A stretch of 64,000 nt of DNA from an uncultured Candidatus Saccharibacteria bacterium (GCA_964421635.1 CAYQWZ010000005.1:2748-66747); one strand, 5' to 3'. Counted from the stretch's first letter, positions 46,240 through 55,947 are shown. Numbers and translations: made by a program. The notes: generated by a model from the letters alone, not told the origin.

Positions 46240-48462
46240 TTAATTATACGGTTGTATATTATTACTACTATCGTTTGTCTTTTTTTCTGCTCCACTATAA
46301 ACTTCCCGCGGTCTAGCCCCATCTGCTGGCCCTATCTCCCCCTGATCTTCTAGTATATCAAGAAGGCGGGCGGCACGAGCGTAGCCTATTCGTAGTCGAC
46401 GCTGTAATAGTGAAGCCGATGCCTTACCAGCTTCTCTAACAATAGCTATGGCATCGTTGTATAGTTCATCTTCGCCAACGCCACCGGAACCGCCGCCCGC
46501 CTGACCGGCAATAGCTCCCACTGTCGCCGTCTCAGCCGTAATTTCGTCGTTATACTGCGCCATTCCCTGACTCTTCACATGAGCAATAATATTATTAATA
46601 TCTTTGTCTGAAGCAAAGGTACCCTGAATACGACGCGGCTTACCGGAATCAGCGGCCACAAAAAGCATATCTCCTAATCCTAATAGCTTATCTGCTCCAC
46701 CCATATCTAAAATTGTGCGTGAGTCAGCCTGAGTAGCGGTCGCAAAGGCAATTCGCGAAGTAATGTTGGCTTTAATTAAACCTGTAATGACATCAACGGA
46801 TGGTCGCTGAGTAGCTACCAACAGATGGATTCCAGTAGCTCGAGCCATCTGTGCCAAACGCACAATAGTCGCTTCAACTTCACGCGCCGCCACGCTCATC
46901 AAATCGGCCAGCTCATCAATAATAATGACAATCTTTGGCATTTTCTGCTGACCTTCTGGTATACCTTCATTGAAGGATTGGATATTACGCCGACCCGTGT
47001 CTGAAAATAATTTATAACGACGATCCATCTCGGAAACTGCCCACTTGAGCGCCGAAACAGTTTTGTCTGATTCAGTAATAACAGGTGTTAATAAATGAGG
47101 CAGATGGTTGTATCCGGTTAGCTCCACGCGTTTAGGATCAACCATAATAAACCGCAAATCTTCTGGCGTGTTTCTAAATAGTAAAGATAGAATGACCGTG
47201 TTAATGGCCACCGATTTTCCTGATCCGGTAGCGCCGGCCACCAACAGGTGAGGCATAGTCTCAAGCGTAACCACACAAGGTGCTCCGGCGACATCGCGCC
47301 CCAAAGCGATGCCCAAATTGGTTTTGTCTGCACCAAACTCTTTGGTTTCCAAAATTTCGCGCACCGTAACTTTAGCTCGCACTTTATTAGGCACTTCAAT
47401 TCCAACCGCCGCTTTACCTGGAATAGGTGCTTCAATACGAATGGATCTGGCCGCGAGGGACAACGCTAGATCGTTGGCCCGAGCGGTAATCTGATTAAGT
47501 TTAACTCCTTCGGCTGGCTTGCAAGTATATTGGGTAACAGTTGGCCCGACATTAACTTCGCCCATTGAAACAGTGATACCAAAATCTTTGAGAGTCTTTT
47601 GAATCTTCTCCACATTTTTAGCGATATCTCCGCTCTCTGCTACTACATCTGAATTCTCTAATAAATCAGTGGTCGGCAGCTGATAGCCTTGCGCCGAAGC
47701 AGATGTCAAAGCGGCCGGCTGATTAAGTGGTTCTGGCGCGTTAACAACCTGAGTTTGCCCACGGTCAGGCAATTTTTTGCGTCCGAATCCTAACCTTCTA
47801 ATAGTTTCAAAAACGGGTGCCTTCCCCAGCTGATTAATTTGTACATCATCCCCACTTTCTTGTTTGGCTGAAATACCAAAAATTTGCGCCAACGGAACAT
47901 TAGATAGAAGGATTAAAGAGATAATTGTCATACCAAAAAGTATTAACAGCCCAACTACCGCCCCCACCGCTTGGGATAAGTTCAAACTAAGCCAGTAGCC
48001 AAGCAATCCTCCACCCCCTCCCATCTCAGCTAAAACCTGAGGATCCCCCGGCCATAACTGATGCAAAAGGGCTGGAAAGAAAATAACTAAAAAGAGGGCT
48101 CCTAAAAATCCGGTTAGTCTGATGCCGCTGTTTTTTGGTTTGAAAAATTCAATAGCGCCACCCACAAACAAAACGGGCAGAACGAAAGCCGCTATACCAA
48201 AGATTCCTCGTAAAAAGCTATCCACCAAAAGACCGAAGCTGCCCGCTCTGCCAATTAAACTCAATAACAAAAACGCGGCAATTAAAGCTAGAGAGATAGC
48301 CGTGATTTCTTTAGCCGCCTGCTCGTGAATATCGAAACTAAATATCGGCTTATCTTCATCAAACAGCTTCTCCCAAAAACTCTTCTTTTGCTTCTTCTTT
48401 TTCTTCGGCCCTGGTTTCCTCCTTCTTGCCATTACAGTCATTATACTCGAATAAATTGTCAT
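46240..48462 (-). CDS. ftsK: DNA translocase FtsK
   Basis: N-terminal TMs, IRIEAPIPGK, MPHLLVAGATGSGKS, IIDELADLM, ATQRPSVDV, gamma domain SASLLQRRLRIGYARAARL. Confidence 0.97.
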   Translation of the reverse strand: MTIYSSIMTVMARRRKPGPKKKKKQKKSFWEKLFDEDKPIFSFDIHEQAAKEITAISLALIAAFLLLSLIGRAGSFGLLVDSFLRGIFGIAAFVLPVLFVGGAIEFFKPKNSGIRLTGFLGALFLVIFFPALLHQLWPGDPQVLAEMGGGGGLLGYWLSLNLSQAVGAVVGLLILFGMTIISLILLSNVPLAQIFGISAKQESGDDVQINQLGKAPVFETIRRLGFGRKKLPDRGQTQVVNAPEPLNQPAALTSASAQGYQLPTTDLLENSDVVAESGDIAKNVEKIQKTLKDFGITVSMGEVNVGPTVTQYTCKPAEGVKLNQITARANDLALSLAARSIRIEAPIPGKAAVGIEVPNKVRAKVTVREILETKEFGADKTNLGIALGRDVAGAPCVVTLETMPHLLVAGATGSGKSVAINTVILSLLFRNTPEDLRFIMVDPKRVELTGYNHLPHLLTPVITESDKTVSALKWAVSEMDRRYKLFSDTGRRNIQSFNEGIPEGQQKMPKIVIIIDELADLMSVAAREVEATIVRLAQMARATGIHLLVATQRPSVDVITGLIKANITSRIAFATATQADSRTILDMGGADKLLGLGDMLFVAADSGKPRRIQGTFASDKDINNIIAHVKSQGMAQYNDEITAETATVGAIAGQAGGGSGGVGEDELYNDAIAIVREAGKASASLLQRRLRIGYARAARLLDILEDQGEIGPADGARPREVYSGAEKKTNDSSNNIQPYN

Positions 48463-48574
48463 TTGAAATTGCCACTTTTAATTAACGAATGGTCAGCTGG
48501 CAGGGCGACTCCGACTTGACCGAAAGTCGTAAATTTGATAGGTTCATAGCGTGGAAAGCCACTAGGAGGATTCC

Positions 48575-49207
48575 ATGTCTGAACAAACTGCGCGAGAAGT
48601 AACAACGCTCGAAATAGACAAAGAAGGATTACTCGAGCTGCTTCGTGGAAACTTGAGAGAGCGAATGCTGGCTGACGGACAGCTAGCCCAAGTCGTTATC
48701 TCTACTTACAGATCTATATTCAAGTATGATGTCGACGGTTCTTTAGCAGTTGAAACAGCAAATGAGCAAGTTCGTTTAGCTCTCTGCTGTGCTGAACGAA
48801 ATATGCAAGTTTCAGCTGTCAGCTCTATGATTGATTTGGCTGGATTTTTTGGAGCCTCGTCAACCCAAGAATTGCTCGATGCAGCTGCTAGATCTAGGAC
48901 TGCTGCAACAGATAAAGCGTCTTCTGCTCATCAAGCATTGCAGGGTAAATTGGCACAAGCATCAGACACAAGATTGCTCGCTATCATCTATGTTGGTTTA
49001 GAGGCTATGAGCCAAGTTATTCAAGATATTCGTCAGCTACGAAGTGCTTCACCAGAAATCATCATTGTCGCTTTCTGCTGTAATTGTGGTGAACAAACCA
49101 AAAGAGTCAATCTTCGTGGAGTAGTTGATGTCCTCACTATTGATTCTGAATGTGGAGGAAGCGTGACTCTGAGCGAAATCGCCACACTGGTTGCTACCGA
49201 GTGGTAA
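48575..49207 (+). CDS. Orphan hypothetical protein (SD-led module)
   Basis: TTGACC-17-TAGGTT, AGGAGG SD, terminator ccgcg/cgcgg-T7 at 49229-49258; C-terminal YVG...CCNC...ECGG. Confidence 0.75.
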   Translation: MSEQTAREVTTLEIDKEGLLELLRGNLRERMLADGQLAQVVISTYRSIFKYDVDGSLAVETANEQVRLALCCAERNMQVSAVSSMIDLAGFFGASSTQELLDAAARSRTAATDKASSAHQALQGKLAQASDTRLLAIIYVGLEAMSQVIQDIRQLRSASPEIIIVAFCCNCGEQTKRVNLRGVVDVLTIDSECGGSVTLSEIATLVATEW

Positions 49208-49338
49208 TGCAATCCTTTCTAAACCCCACCGCGCGCCAGACGGCGACGCGGTTTTTTTATTTTCGCGGAAGTTATTTTGACAACCAAGGTGGTTTTCGCC
49301 AGAATAAACAGGAGGCAAGCGTTTTAAAAAACAAAATT

Positions 49339-50649
49339 ATGGAAAGAACATTGGTTAGTGAGGCTTTCAAAAAAGCAGGCGAAGAGATAAATTTGCAAGG
49401 ATTCGTCAATAACATTCGTCATCAAGGCAGCATCGCTTTTATTGAACTGCGTGACCGCAGCGGCATTATGCAGGCCGTCGTTATGAAATCTTCAGAGGCC
49501 TTTGACCTTACGAAAAATTTATCTTTAGAATCTGTAGTTTCTCTATCAGGCAAAACGAAAGAAGAGAAACAGGCGCCCGGTGGAGTTGAGATGGAAGTGG
49601 CTGAAATTGAAATTTTGTCCTTGGCAGACCCTGAACTGCCAATTCCCGTTTTAGACAAAGGTGACAACGAAAGCAATCAGACGGCGCGCATGAACTGGCG
49701 CTACCTAGATTTGCGAAAACCAAAAAACAACCTGATATTTCAAGTTTGGACGGCTATGGAGACAGGTTTTCGCAGCTATTTAATTAAAGAAAATTTCATC
49801 CAAATCCATTCACCAAAAATGATGAGTACCGGCTCTGAAGGAGGCGCCGAACTTTTCGAAGTAAAATATTTCAAACGCAAAGCTTTCTTGGCGCAATCGC
49901 CGCAGTTTTACAAACAGATGGCGCAATCAGCCGGACTCGAGCGCGTATTTGAAATTGGCCCCGTATTCCGAGCTGATCCTTCTTTTACTTCACGCCATGC
50001 TACCGAATTCACCGGTTTCGACTTAGAAATGTCATTCATTAAAGATCACCACGATGTGATGAATTTACAAGCCGAACTTCTAGCCAACATGATATCTGAG
50101 GTGAAAAAAGTTTGTGGCAAAAATGTACAAGAGACATTCAAAGTTGAGCTCAATGTACCCAAACTGCCTTTTCCTAAAGTGACCATTGCTGAGGCCAAGA
50201 AAATGCTGGCTGAGAAAAAAATTCCTTCAGAAACAGATGGCGACTTATCACCTGAAGAAGAGCGAGTGCTGGGTAACATTATCAAAGAGCGCGATGACCA
50301 TGATATCGTTTTTGTCACCGATTATCCTATTTCTAATAGACCGTTTTATCATATGCGTGACGAAAAAAATCCTCAATTAACCAAAAGCTACGACCTACTG
50401 TATAAGGGAGTGGAGATTACCACGGGTGCGCAACGCGAGCATCGCTATGAAATCCTTCTTCAACAAGCCAAAGAAAAAAATATTGACATTAAAGATATCG
50501 AACATTATCTGAACTTCTTTAAATATGGCTGTCCTCCTCATGGAGGATTCGGAATGGGCCCAGCCCGCGTAGTAATGAAAATGCTAAATTTAGAGAATAT
50601 TCGCGAAGTGACTTATTTATATCGCGGCGTAAAACGGTTGACTCCTTAA
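49339..50649 (+). CDS. aspS: Aspartate-tRNA ligase, archaeal-type, probably non-discriminating Asp/Asn
   Basis: FIELRDRSG, QAPGGVE (Pro at the position associated with ND enzymes), R.NWRYLDLR, LAQSPQFYKQ, FRADPSFTSRH, PPHGGFG; no bacterial GAD insert. Confidence 0.93.
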   Translation: MERTLVSEAFKKAGEEINLQGFVNNIRHQGSIAFIELRDRSGIMQAVVMKSSEAFDLTKNLSLESVVSLSGKTKEEKQAPGGVEMEVAEIEILSLADPELPIPVLDKGDNESNQTARMNWRYLDLRKPKNNLIFQVWTAMETGFRSYLIKENFIQIHSPKMMSTGSEGGAELFEVKYFKRKAFLAQSPQFYKQMAQSAGLERVFEIGPVFRADPSFTSRHATEFTGFDLEMSFIKDHHDVMNLQAELLANMISEVKKVCGKNVQETFKVELNVPKLPFPKVTIAEAKKMLAEKKIPSETDGDLSPEEERVLGNIIKERDDHDIVFVTDYPISNRPFYHMRDEKNPQLTKSYDLLYKGVEITTGAQREHRYEILLQQAKEKNIDIKDIEHYLNFFKYGCPPHGGFGMGPARVVMKMLNLENIREVTYLYRGVKRLTP

Positions 50650-50689
50650 CTTTTTTTGGCTACTGTACTTGCAGGAAAGGAGCGTTCAG

Positions 50690-51076
50690 ATGCCTAAACT
50701 GCTCAAGTTTGCTTTGGCTGCAATGGGGGTTGGTGCTGCTGTGCTTGGTACACACCTTGCATGGTTGGTATTAAAATACAGCCGTCTAATGCACAAATGG
50801 AATCAGCTAAAAGATATTGAGAAGTTTACCCTTTATGCAATGCTTTATCTGCAAACAAATCATTGTCTGATTTGTCACAAGCATAGCAATCTGGAGCCAG
50901 TTCTGCATCGACTTCATAGAGCTGGCTGAATTATCCTTTTTGAAGATCAAGAAGGACAGGAGCATTTCGCTTTTGGTGACCATGATATTGTTTCTTTCAT
51001 TATGCAAATGAGAAAAACACAGCCATCACTTGATCATTTGTCGTATCAATTTCCTATCTTCTATCAGCCGTTCTGA
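50690..51076 (+). pseudogene. Orphan TM protein interrupted by an in-frame TGA at 50927-50929
   Basis: AAGGAG SD before ATG 50690; the frame stays open for 48 codons after the TGA (IILFEDQEGQEH...YQPF*) and ends in the terminator at 51066-51092. Confidence 0.6.
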
Positions 51077-51150
51077 AAAGAGCGGTTTTTTTATTATAAA
51101 ACGACCTCTGGCGCATTGCCAGAAGCCGCGAGTAAACCCATCGCCTCACT

Positions 51151-51345
51151 TCACCCCGTAGTACGGCGATGACCGAAGCGTTCTTCGGCCGCTGCTTGCT
51201 GTTCTTCGAGTCGCCTCAATGCTCGACGCACCACCGGTCCTACATCACGACAGTAAGACGGTGGTTGACCAGCTGGCGGATCCTGACGCCCAGCCAGAAT
51301 CTTCGCCGATTGAGCCTTCATTGACTCAGTTAGTGTTCCGGCCAT
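51151..51345 (-). CDS. Orphan small protein (SD-led, GC-richer)
   Basis: AGGAAGGA SD; downstream hairpin ctggc/gccag. Confidence 0.6.
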   Translation of the reverse strand: MAGTLTESMKAQSAKILAGRQDPPAGQPPSYCRDVGPVVRRALRRLEEQQAAAEERFGHRRTTG

Positions 51346-51437
51346 TGGTCTCTTCCTTCCTACTAGAAATATATCATAAAAGAATTTTGCTTGACAGTAA
51401 ACAAGATTTCAGGTAAAAAGCACTAGAGGAGAGATCA

Positions 51438-51956
51438 ATGAAAAACCTGCGTCGTTCAGTTCGTCCGTTAATCGTTAGCCCCTTGGTTATCGGTATCTTT
51501 GTCGTAATGAATGGATGCGCATATCCGGAAAATACTTCGGCTTCATCTCAGGTTGATATCGCACCGCCCGAGGTTATGTATCCTGCTACTACACCTGAAA
51601 TCGTAGAGCGGCCGCCTCCTGCACCAGATGAGGAAGAGATTGCAGAGGCCAAACTAGTCGAACACCTCACTTCTCAGACTTGGGTAGTCAGAAGGACCAA
51701 CACTTACGGTTACGGTAATTCTAATGCCACCTCGGTCGTACTCATGAACTCTCAGAATCACCTTGAAAGACTACATGCCGTTAGTGAAATATTTTCCTCA
51801 TCTCCGCTCAGCTATGCATGCAATGGAGACATGTATGCCATCCACGAATGCGACACAAGCAGTCGTGGCGTATTCCCCAGCTACCTTCACGAGGGAAAAA
51901 GCATCAAACTTGGTCGATTTGAGTTTGAACTACTCAATGGTCTTCTTCAAAGATAA
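51438..51956 (+). CDS. Orphan putative lipoprotein
   Basis: Basic N-terminus, hydrophobic stretch, MNG-C lipobox-like site, Pro-rich linker; TTGACA promoter, GAGGAG SD, terminator at 51974-52012. Confidence 0.7.
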   Translation: MKNLRRSVRPLIVSPLVIGIFVVMNGCAYPENTSASSQVDIAPPEVMYPATTPEIVERPPPAPDEEEIAEAKLVEHLTSQTWVVRRTNTYGYGNSNATSVVLMNSQNHLERLHAVSEIFSSSPLSYACNGDMYAIHECDTSSRGVFPSYLHEGKSIKLGRFEFELLNGLLQR

Positions 51957-52041
51957 CCTTTCCCGCACACTTAGTGGCCACCTGCTCGCAAACGGGTGGC
52001 TACTTCTTTTTTACCCATCAATCTGCTAGTCTACTGCTGTT

Positions 52042-53166
52042 ATGTTAAAAATTGGAATTGTCGGATTACCCAACGCGGGCAAATCAACTTTATTCAACGC
52101 GCTAGTCAAAGGCCACCAAGCAGAGGCGGCCAATTTTCCTTTTTGCACCATTGAACCGAATGTTGGCATAGTGGAGGTTCCAGATGGCCGCCTTAATGAA
52201 TTAGCAGCACTAATTGAGCCCGAAAAAATTACTCCCGCCGCTTTTGAATTCATAGACATCGCCGGATTAGTCGAAGGCGCGCACAAAGGAGAAGGATTAG
52301 GAAATAAATTTTTATCACATATAAAAGAAGCCAACGCCATAACTTTGGTTTTGAGAACTTTTGAGGATGCGGATATCTCCCATGTTTACGGCAATATTGA
52401 CCCTGTGCGCGATTACGAAACACTAATGCTCGAGTTAGTAATGAGCGATCTGGCAACTGTTTCGGCGGCTTTTGAGCGAGCCGAGCGAGCAGCGCATGAT
52501 GGCAAAAAAGAGACTAAAGCCCGAGCTGAAATAATTGGTCAAATAAAAAAACACCTTGAACAGAACCAACCCGTGAGCGAGGCTCGCGAAATTCTAGATA
52601 ATGAAGATGCACGACAAATTTTACGCGAGCTTCAACTTATCACAGCCAAACCGCGACTAATCGTTTTTAATATTTCTGAAACAGACGCTTCAAATCCTAC
52701 TCAAAATGAAAAAATTCAAACATGGATAAAAACCGGCGCTAAAATATCCACCGATTTCAAACCCGAACACATCATCTATATATCCTCAAAACTAGAGGCT
52801 GAACTTTTGAATATGAACACTGCCGAACAATCGGAGTTTTTAGCCGAATACAAGCTGACTGAACCTGGGCTGAACCGACTTATTAAAACTGGCTACGCTG
52901 CGCTAGGATTACAATCCTTCTTCACCGCGGGTCCACAAGAAGTCCGCGCCTGGACAATCCGCGTCGGCACTAATGCCCAAGTCGCAGCCGGCGAGATTCA
53001 CACCGATTTTTCCAAAAAATTCGTTAAAGCCGAGGTTGTCAAATTTTCTGATTACATTTTTAGCGGCGGCGAAGCCGCCGCTAAAGAGAAAGGCTTAATG
53101 CGCCAAGAAGGCCGTGAGTATAAGGTGGCCGACGGCGATGTGATCTATTTTAAAATTGCTAACTAA
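52042..53166 (+). CDS. ychF: Ribosome-binding ATPase YchF
   Basis: GIVGLPNAGKSTLFN, ANFPFCTIEPN, DIAGLV.GA.KGEGLGNKFL, FFTAG..EVRAWT, AGEIHTDF, DGDVI.F. Confidence 0.97.
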   Translation: MLKIGIVGLPNAGKSTLFNALVKGHQAEAANFPFCTIEPNVGIVEVPDGRLNELAALIEPEKITPAAFEFIDIAGLVEGAHKGEGLGNKFLSHIKEANAITLVLRTFEDADISHVYGNIDPVRDYETLMLELVMSDLATVSAAFERAERAAHDGKKETKARAEIIGQIKKHLEQNQPVSEAREILDNEDARQILRELQLITAKPRLIVFNISETDASNPTQNEKIQTWIKTGAKISTDFKPEHIIYISSKLEAELLNMNTAEQSEFLAEYKLTEPGLNRLIKTGYAALGLQSFFTAGPQEVRAWTIRVGTNAQVAAGEIHTDFSKKFVKAEVVKFSDYIFSGGEAAAKEKGLMRQEGREYKVADGDVIYFKIAN

Positions 53167-53248
53167 AATCGCCAACTAGAAATATTGCAATAAACAGCTC
53201 AATTAGTTAAGGTGTAGCTGCAGTCTATCGAACCGAAGGGAGCACACC

Positions 53249-53461
53249 ATGAGATTACTGCTGAACTGCTATCGTTTTACTGTTACTGTAGTACTGTTTG
53301 CTATCGCAATACTGTTTCTTTTGTTGAATATGTCTATTGCTATCATGCTCGACAACAGTCGAAACAAAGCATCTATCTGGCTTGATTCAGCCTGCAACTG
53401 GTTGGTGAGCCTTAGCCCCTTGACCAGAGCCGACCATGAATCCCACCCCAGTCCTGAGTAA
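53249..53461 (+). CDS. Orphan small TM protein (SD-led module)
   Basis: TTGCAA-17-TAAGGT, AAGGGAG SD, terminator tcctgagt/actcagga-T at 53451-53477. Confidence 0.65.
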   Translation: MRLLLNCYRFTVTVVLFAIAILFLLLNMSIAIMLDNSRNKASIWLDSACNWLVSLSPLTRADHESHPSPE

Positions 53462-53482
53462 CAACTCAGGATTTTTTAACAC

Positions 53483-53630
53483 AAAAAAAAGAAGAGGCAG
53501 GTGGGGTAACGAAGGATTAAAGTTGGAACTATTATCCTATTGTGTACCGCCCTGCCGTCTCCTCGTGGTGCCGTTCACGAAACAAGTCGTGATACAGCAT
53601 GTTTCATGCAATCGTTATTTCATGAAATTA
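53483..53630 (-). ncRNA. Candidate structured small RNA (~145 nt)
   Basis: TTGACA-17-TACAAT promoter (53635-53663), three hairpins, final stem followed by U8; only 2- and 10-codon ORFs seen near the 5' end. Confidence 0.55.
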
Positions 53631-53714
53631 AGCCATTGTACTACTTTTTCGGCCTTCTGTCAATGAATATAAAAAGCCAATTAATGCAAATTGGCTCCTA
53701 CTGCGACTATTAAA

Positions 53715-54032
53715 TTATACTTTTTCGAGGTTTGTTACTCTGGCTTTGACTTTCTCCATTTCTTCCGAAGAAATTTGTACTACATCGGACAGTGTTATAA
53801 CTAACTCATCGTGATGACGATTAATTAGTTCTCTATTTTCTTTTATAAATAATCTATTTAGCTTTATCTCTTCGGTATTTTGTCGAATTCCTTCTGCGTT
53901 TTGTTTGATTCCTTCTGAGTTTTGTCGAATTCCTTCTGCGTTTTGTTTGATTCCTTTATGCAAAACTCCCTGTCCTTCTTCTAATTTCGACAGTTTTATC
54001 AGAACAATTTTCTCGAATTTCTCTTTTTTCAT
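53715..54032 (-). CDS. Coiled-coil protein with tandem heptad repeats
   Basis: GIKQNAE/GIRQNSE repeats; TATAAT 9 nt before MKKEK. Confidence 0.75.
   Translation of the reverse strand: MKKEKFEKIVLIKLSKLEEGQGVLHKGIKQNAEGIRQNSEGIKQNAEGIRQNTEEIKLNRLFIKENRELINRHHDELVITLSDVVQISSEEMEKVKARVTNLEKV
53878..53956. repeat. 21-bp tandem repeat x4 (42-bp dimer x2)
   Basis: ttttgtcgaattccttctgcg / ttttgtttgattccttctgag alternation. Confidence 0.9.
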
Positions 54033-54124
54033 CGTAAAAACATTATAACAACAAACCACATTACAATAAGATTATCTAATTTACATTAATTGAACTTTTA
54101 TCAATTAGATTCTAATCGGCAACT

Positions 54125-54163
54125 AAAAAACCGCTCCTTGAATAAATTTGGAACGGTTTTTTT
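54125..54163. terminator. Bidirectional-type terminator
   Basis: A6-ccgctcc...ggaacgg-T7. Confidence 0.75.
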
Positions 54164-54168
54164 ACTAG

Positions 54169-54306
54169 TTAAGCCAGTAAGACTTCAGCTTGTACTACTC
54201 CGGCAGCAATAGATAGAATGCCGACCAGAGCAATGGCAACTGATTCCCAAGCGGTCAAATCATCCATCAGGATGTGTTTTGGCTCAGGTAATTTGGGTTT
54301 CGACAT
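54169..54306 (-). CDS. 45-aa single-TM peptide (absent from the ORF track)
   Basis: MSKPKLPEPKHILMDDLTAWESVAIALVGILSIAAGVVQAEVLLA*; AAGGAGG SD; perfect promoter upstream; terminator downstream. Confidence 0.75.
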   Translation of the reverse strand: MSKPKLPEPKHILMDDLTAWESVAIALVGILSIAAGVVQAEVLLA

Positions 54307-54337
54307 AACCCTCCTTTTATTACTTATAAATTATATG

Positions 54338-54366
54338 ATTATAGCGAATTTTAGGGCTTTTGTCAA
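54338..54366 (-). promoter_or_regulatory. Perfect consensus sigma70 promoter
   Basis: TTGACA-17 nt-TATAAT. Confidence 0.85.
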
Positions 54367-54414
54367 CCACTTTTTAGCTACCAGTTCATCTGAAATTCTG
54401 TTAAACTGAACCAG

Positions 54415-55947
54415 ATGAATGAAAAAAATTCTGAAGCTAATATAGTTGCCGCTAGAGCGCAAAAACTCAATCGCCTGAAGAAACAAAAGATTAACGCCTA
54501 TCCTTCTGCTGCTGTTCCTCACACTCCGCTGGCCGAAGTTTTGGCGCACGCCAAAAGACATTGCAAAACTCCTGAGTTTGAAGACAAGGAGAGTTTTTCG
54601 GTAGCTGGCCGTGTGCGAGCCATTCGCGGGCAAGGTAAAATTGTTTTTATTGATTTAGCCGATGTCGACACCCGCATGCAAATAGTGGCCAAGGCAGATG
54701 TTTTAGAAGAAGAACAGAAATTAATACCCCTACTAGATATTGGCGATTTTATTTGGGTTGAAGGAAACACTTTTTGCACCAAGCGCGGTGAACATTCTAT
54801 TGCTGCCCAAAGTCTAAAAATTCTAACTAAATCTATGCGGCCTCTACCAGATAAATGGAGCGGCTTAAAAGATCAAGAAACGCGTCAAAGACAGCGCTAT
54901 GTAGATTTAATTATGAACCCCGAGGTAAGACAGTTATTTCAATTGCGAAGCCAATTTATGCAACATTTTCGCAACGCCATAATCAATCAAAAATTTCTAG
55001 AAGTTGAAACACCTGTTTTGGAGCATGTTCCAGGCGGCGCTGACGCCGAGCCTTTCTCAACTCACCACCAAAGTTTAGACATTGACCTTTATTTGCGAAT
55101 ATCCTTGGAGCTTCATTTGAAGCGCGTTATGGTTGGCGGATTAGAAAGAGTATTTGAAATTGGTCGGGTCTTTAGAAATGAAGGGATGAGCACCCAGCAT
55201 TTGCAGGAGTTCACCATGCTAGAGTTTTATTGGGCTTACAACGACTACAACACCTTAATGGAGATGGTTGAACAGCTCTACGCCGAAGTTATTAAAAAAA
55301 CTTTCGGCAGTACCGTTATCAAGCGCCAAAGTAAACCAGATTTAGATTTCACTCCACCTTGGCCGCGCACTAGCTACGCCGAAGCAGTTAGAAAACATTC
55401 CGGCGTCGATATTATTAAAGCCTCAGATAGCGCCATCACGGATGCTCTAAAAAAACTAAAAGTTCAGCCGGTTGCTGGTCGAGCTCGCCAAATTGATCAG
55501 CTATACAAAAAAACCACCCGCCCTCATTTAGATAAAGTCCAGTTTTTAATTGATCCTCCTTTAATTTTGTCGCCTTTGGCCAAACCGCACGCTGATAACG
55601 ACCAGCTAGCCGAGCGATTCTGGGTTTTGTTAGATGGCGCCGAGGTTGGTAACGGATTTTCCGAACTAAATGACCCAACTGACCAAAAAGCTCGCTTTGA
55701 AGAGCAAGAAAAGATGCGGCTAGAGGGTGATGACGAAGCCCAGAGAATGGATCACGACTATGTTCGCGCCTTAGAATACGGCATGCCGCCAGCCGCCGGT
55801 TTTGGCGTAGGCATTGACCGGCTGTTTTCAATCCTTGCTAATCAGGAGTCAATTCGCGATGTGGTGCTGTTCCCAACTATGAGACCGGAGCGAGAAGAAG
55901 TCGCCGCGAAAATTAATAAATCAGCTAAAATAAAGAAGGATGAATAA
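54415..55947 (+). CDS. lysS: Lysine-tRNA ligase (class II)
   Basis: VAGRV.A.R.QGK..F, LPDKW.GL.D.E.R.RQRY.DL, YLRIS.EL.LKR..VGG.ERVFEIGR.FRNEG, ALEYGMPP.AG.G.GIDRL. Confidence 0.97.
   Translation: MNEKNSEANIVAARAQKLNRLKKQKINAYPSAAVPHTPLAEVLAHAKRHCKTPEFEDKESFSVAGRVRAIRGQGKIVFIDLADVDTRMQIVAKADVLEEEQKLIPLLDIGDFIWVEGNTFCTKRGEHSIAAQSLKILTKSMRPLPDKWSGLKDQETRQRQRYVDLIMNPEVRQLFQLRSQFMQHFRNAIINQKFLEVETPVLEHVPGGADAEPFSTHHQSLDIDLYLRISLELHLKRVMVGGLERVFEIGRVFRNEGMSTQHLQEFTMLEFYWAYNDYNTLMEMVEQLYAEVIKKTFGSTVIKRQSKPDLDFTPPWPRTSYAEAVRKHSGVDIIKASDSAITDALKKLKVQPVAGRARQIDQLYKKTTRPHLDKVQFLIDPPLILSPLAKPHADNDQLAERFWVLLDGAEVGNGFSELNDPTDQKARFEEQEKMRLEGDDEAQRMDHDYVRALEYGMPPAAGFGVGIDRLFSILANQESIRDVVLFPTMRPEREEVAAKINKSAKIKKDE

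Noticed and set aside
49150-49338. 63-aa N-terminal extension of AspRS
   Set aside because: Overlaps the upstream orphan's end and terminator; family similarity begins at MERTL (49339).
53878-53956. Short repeats as a CRISPR array
   Set aside because: Contiguous in-frame 21-bp coding repeats without unique spacers; no cas genes in the window.
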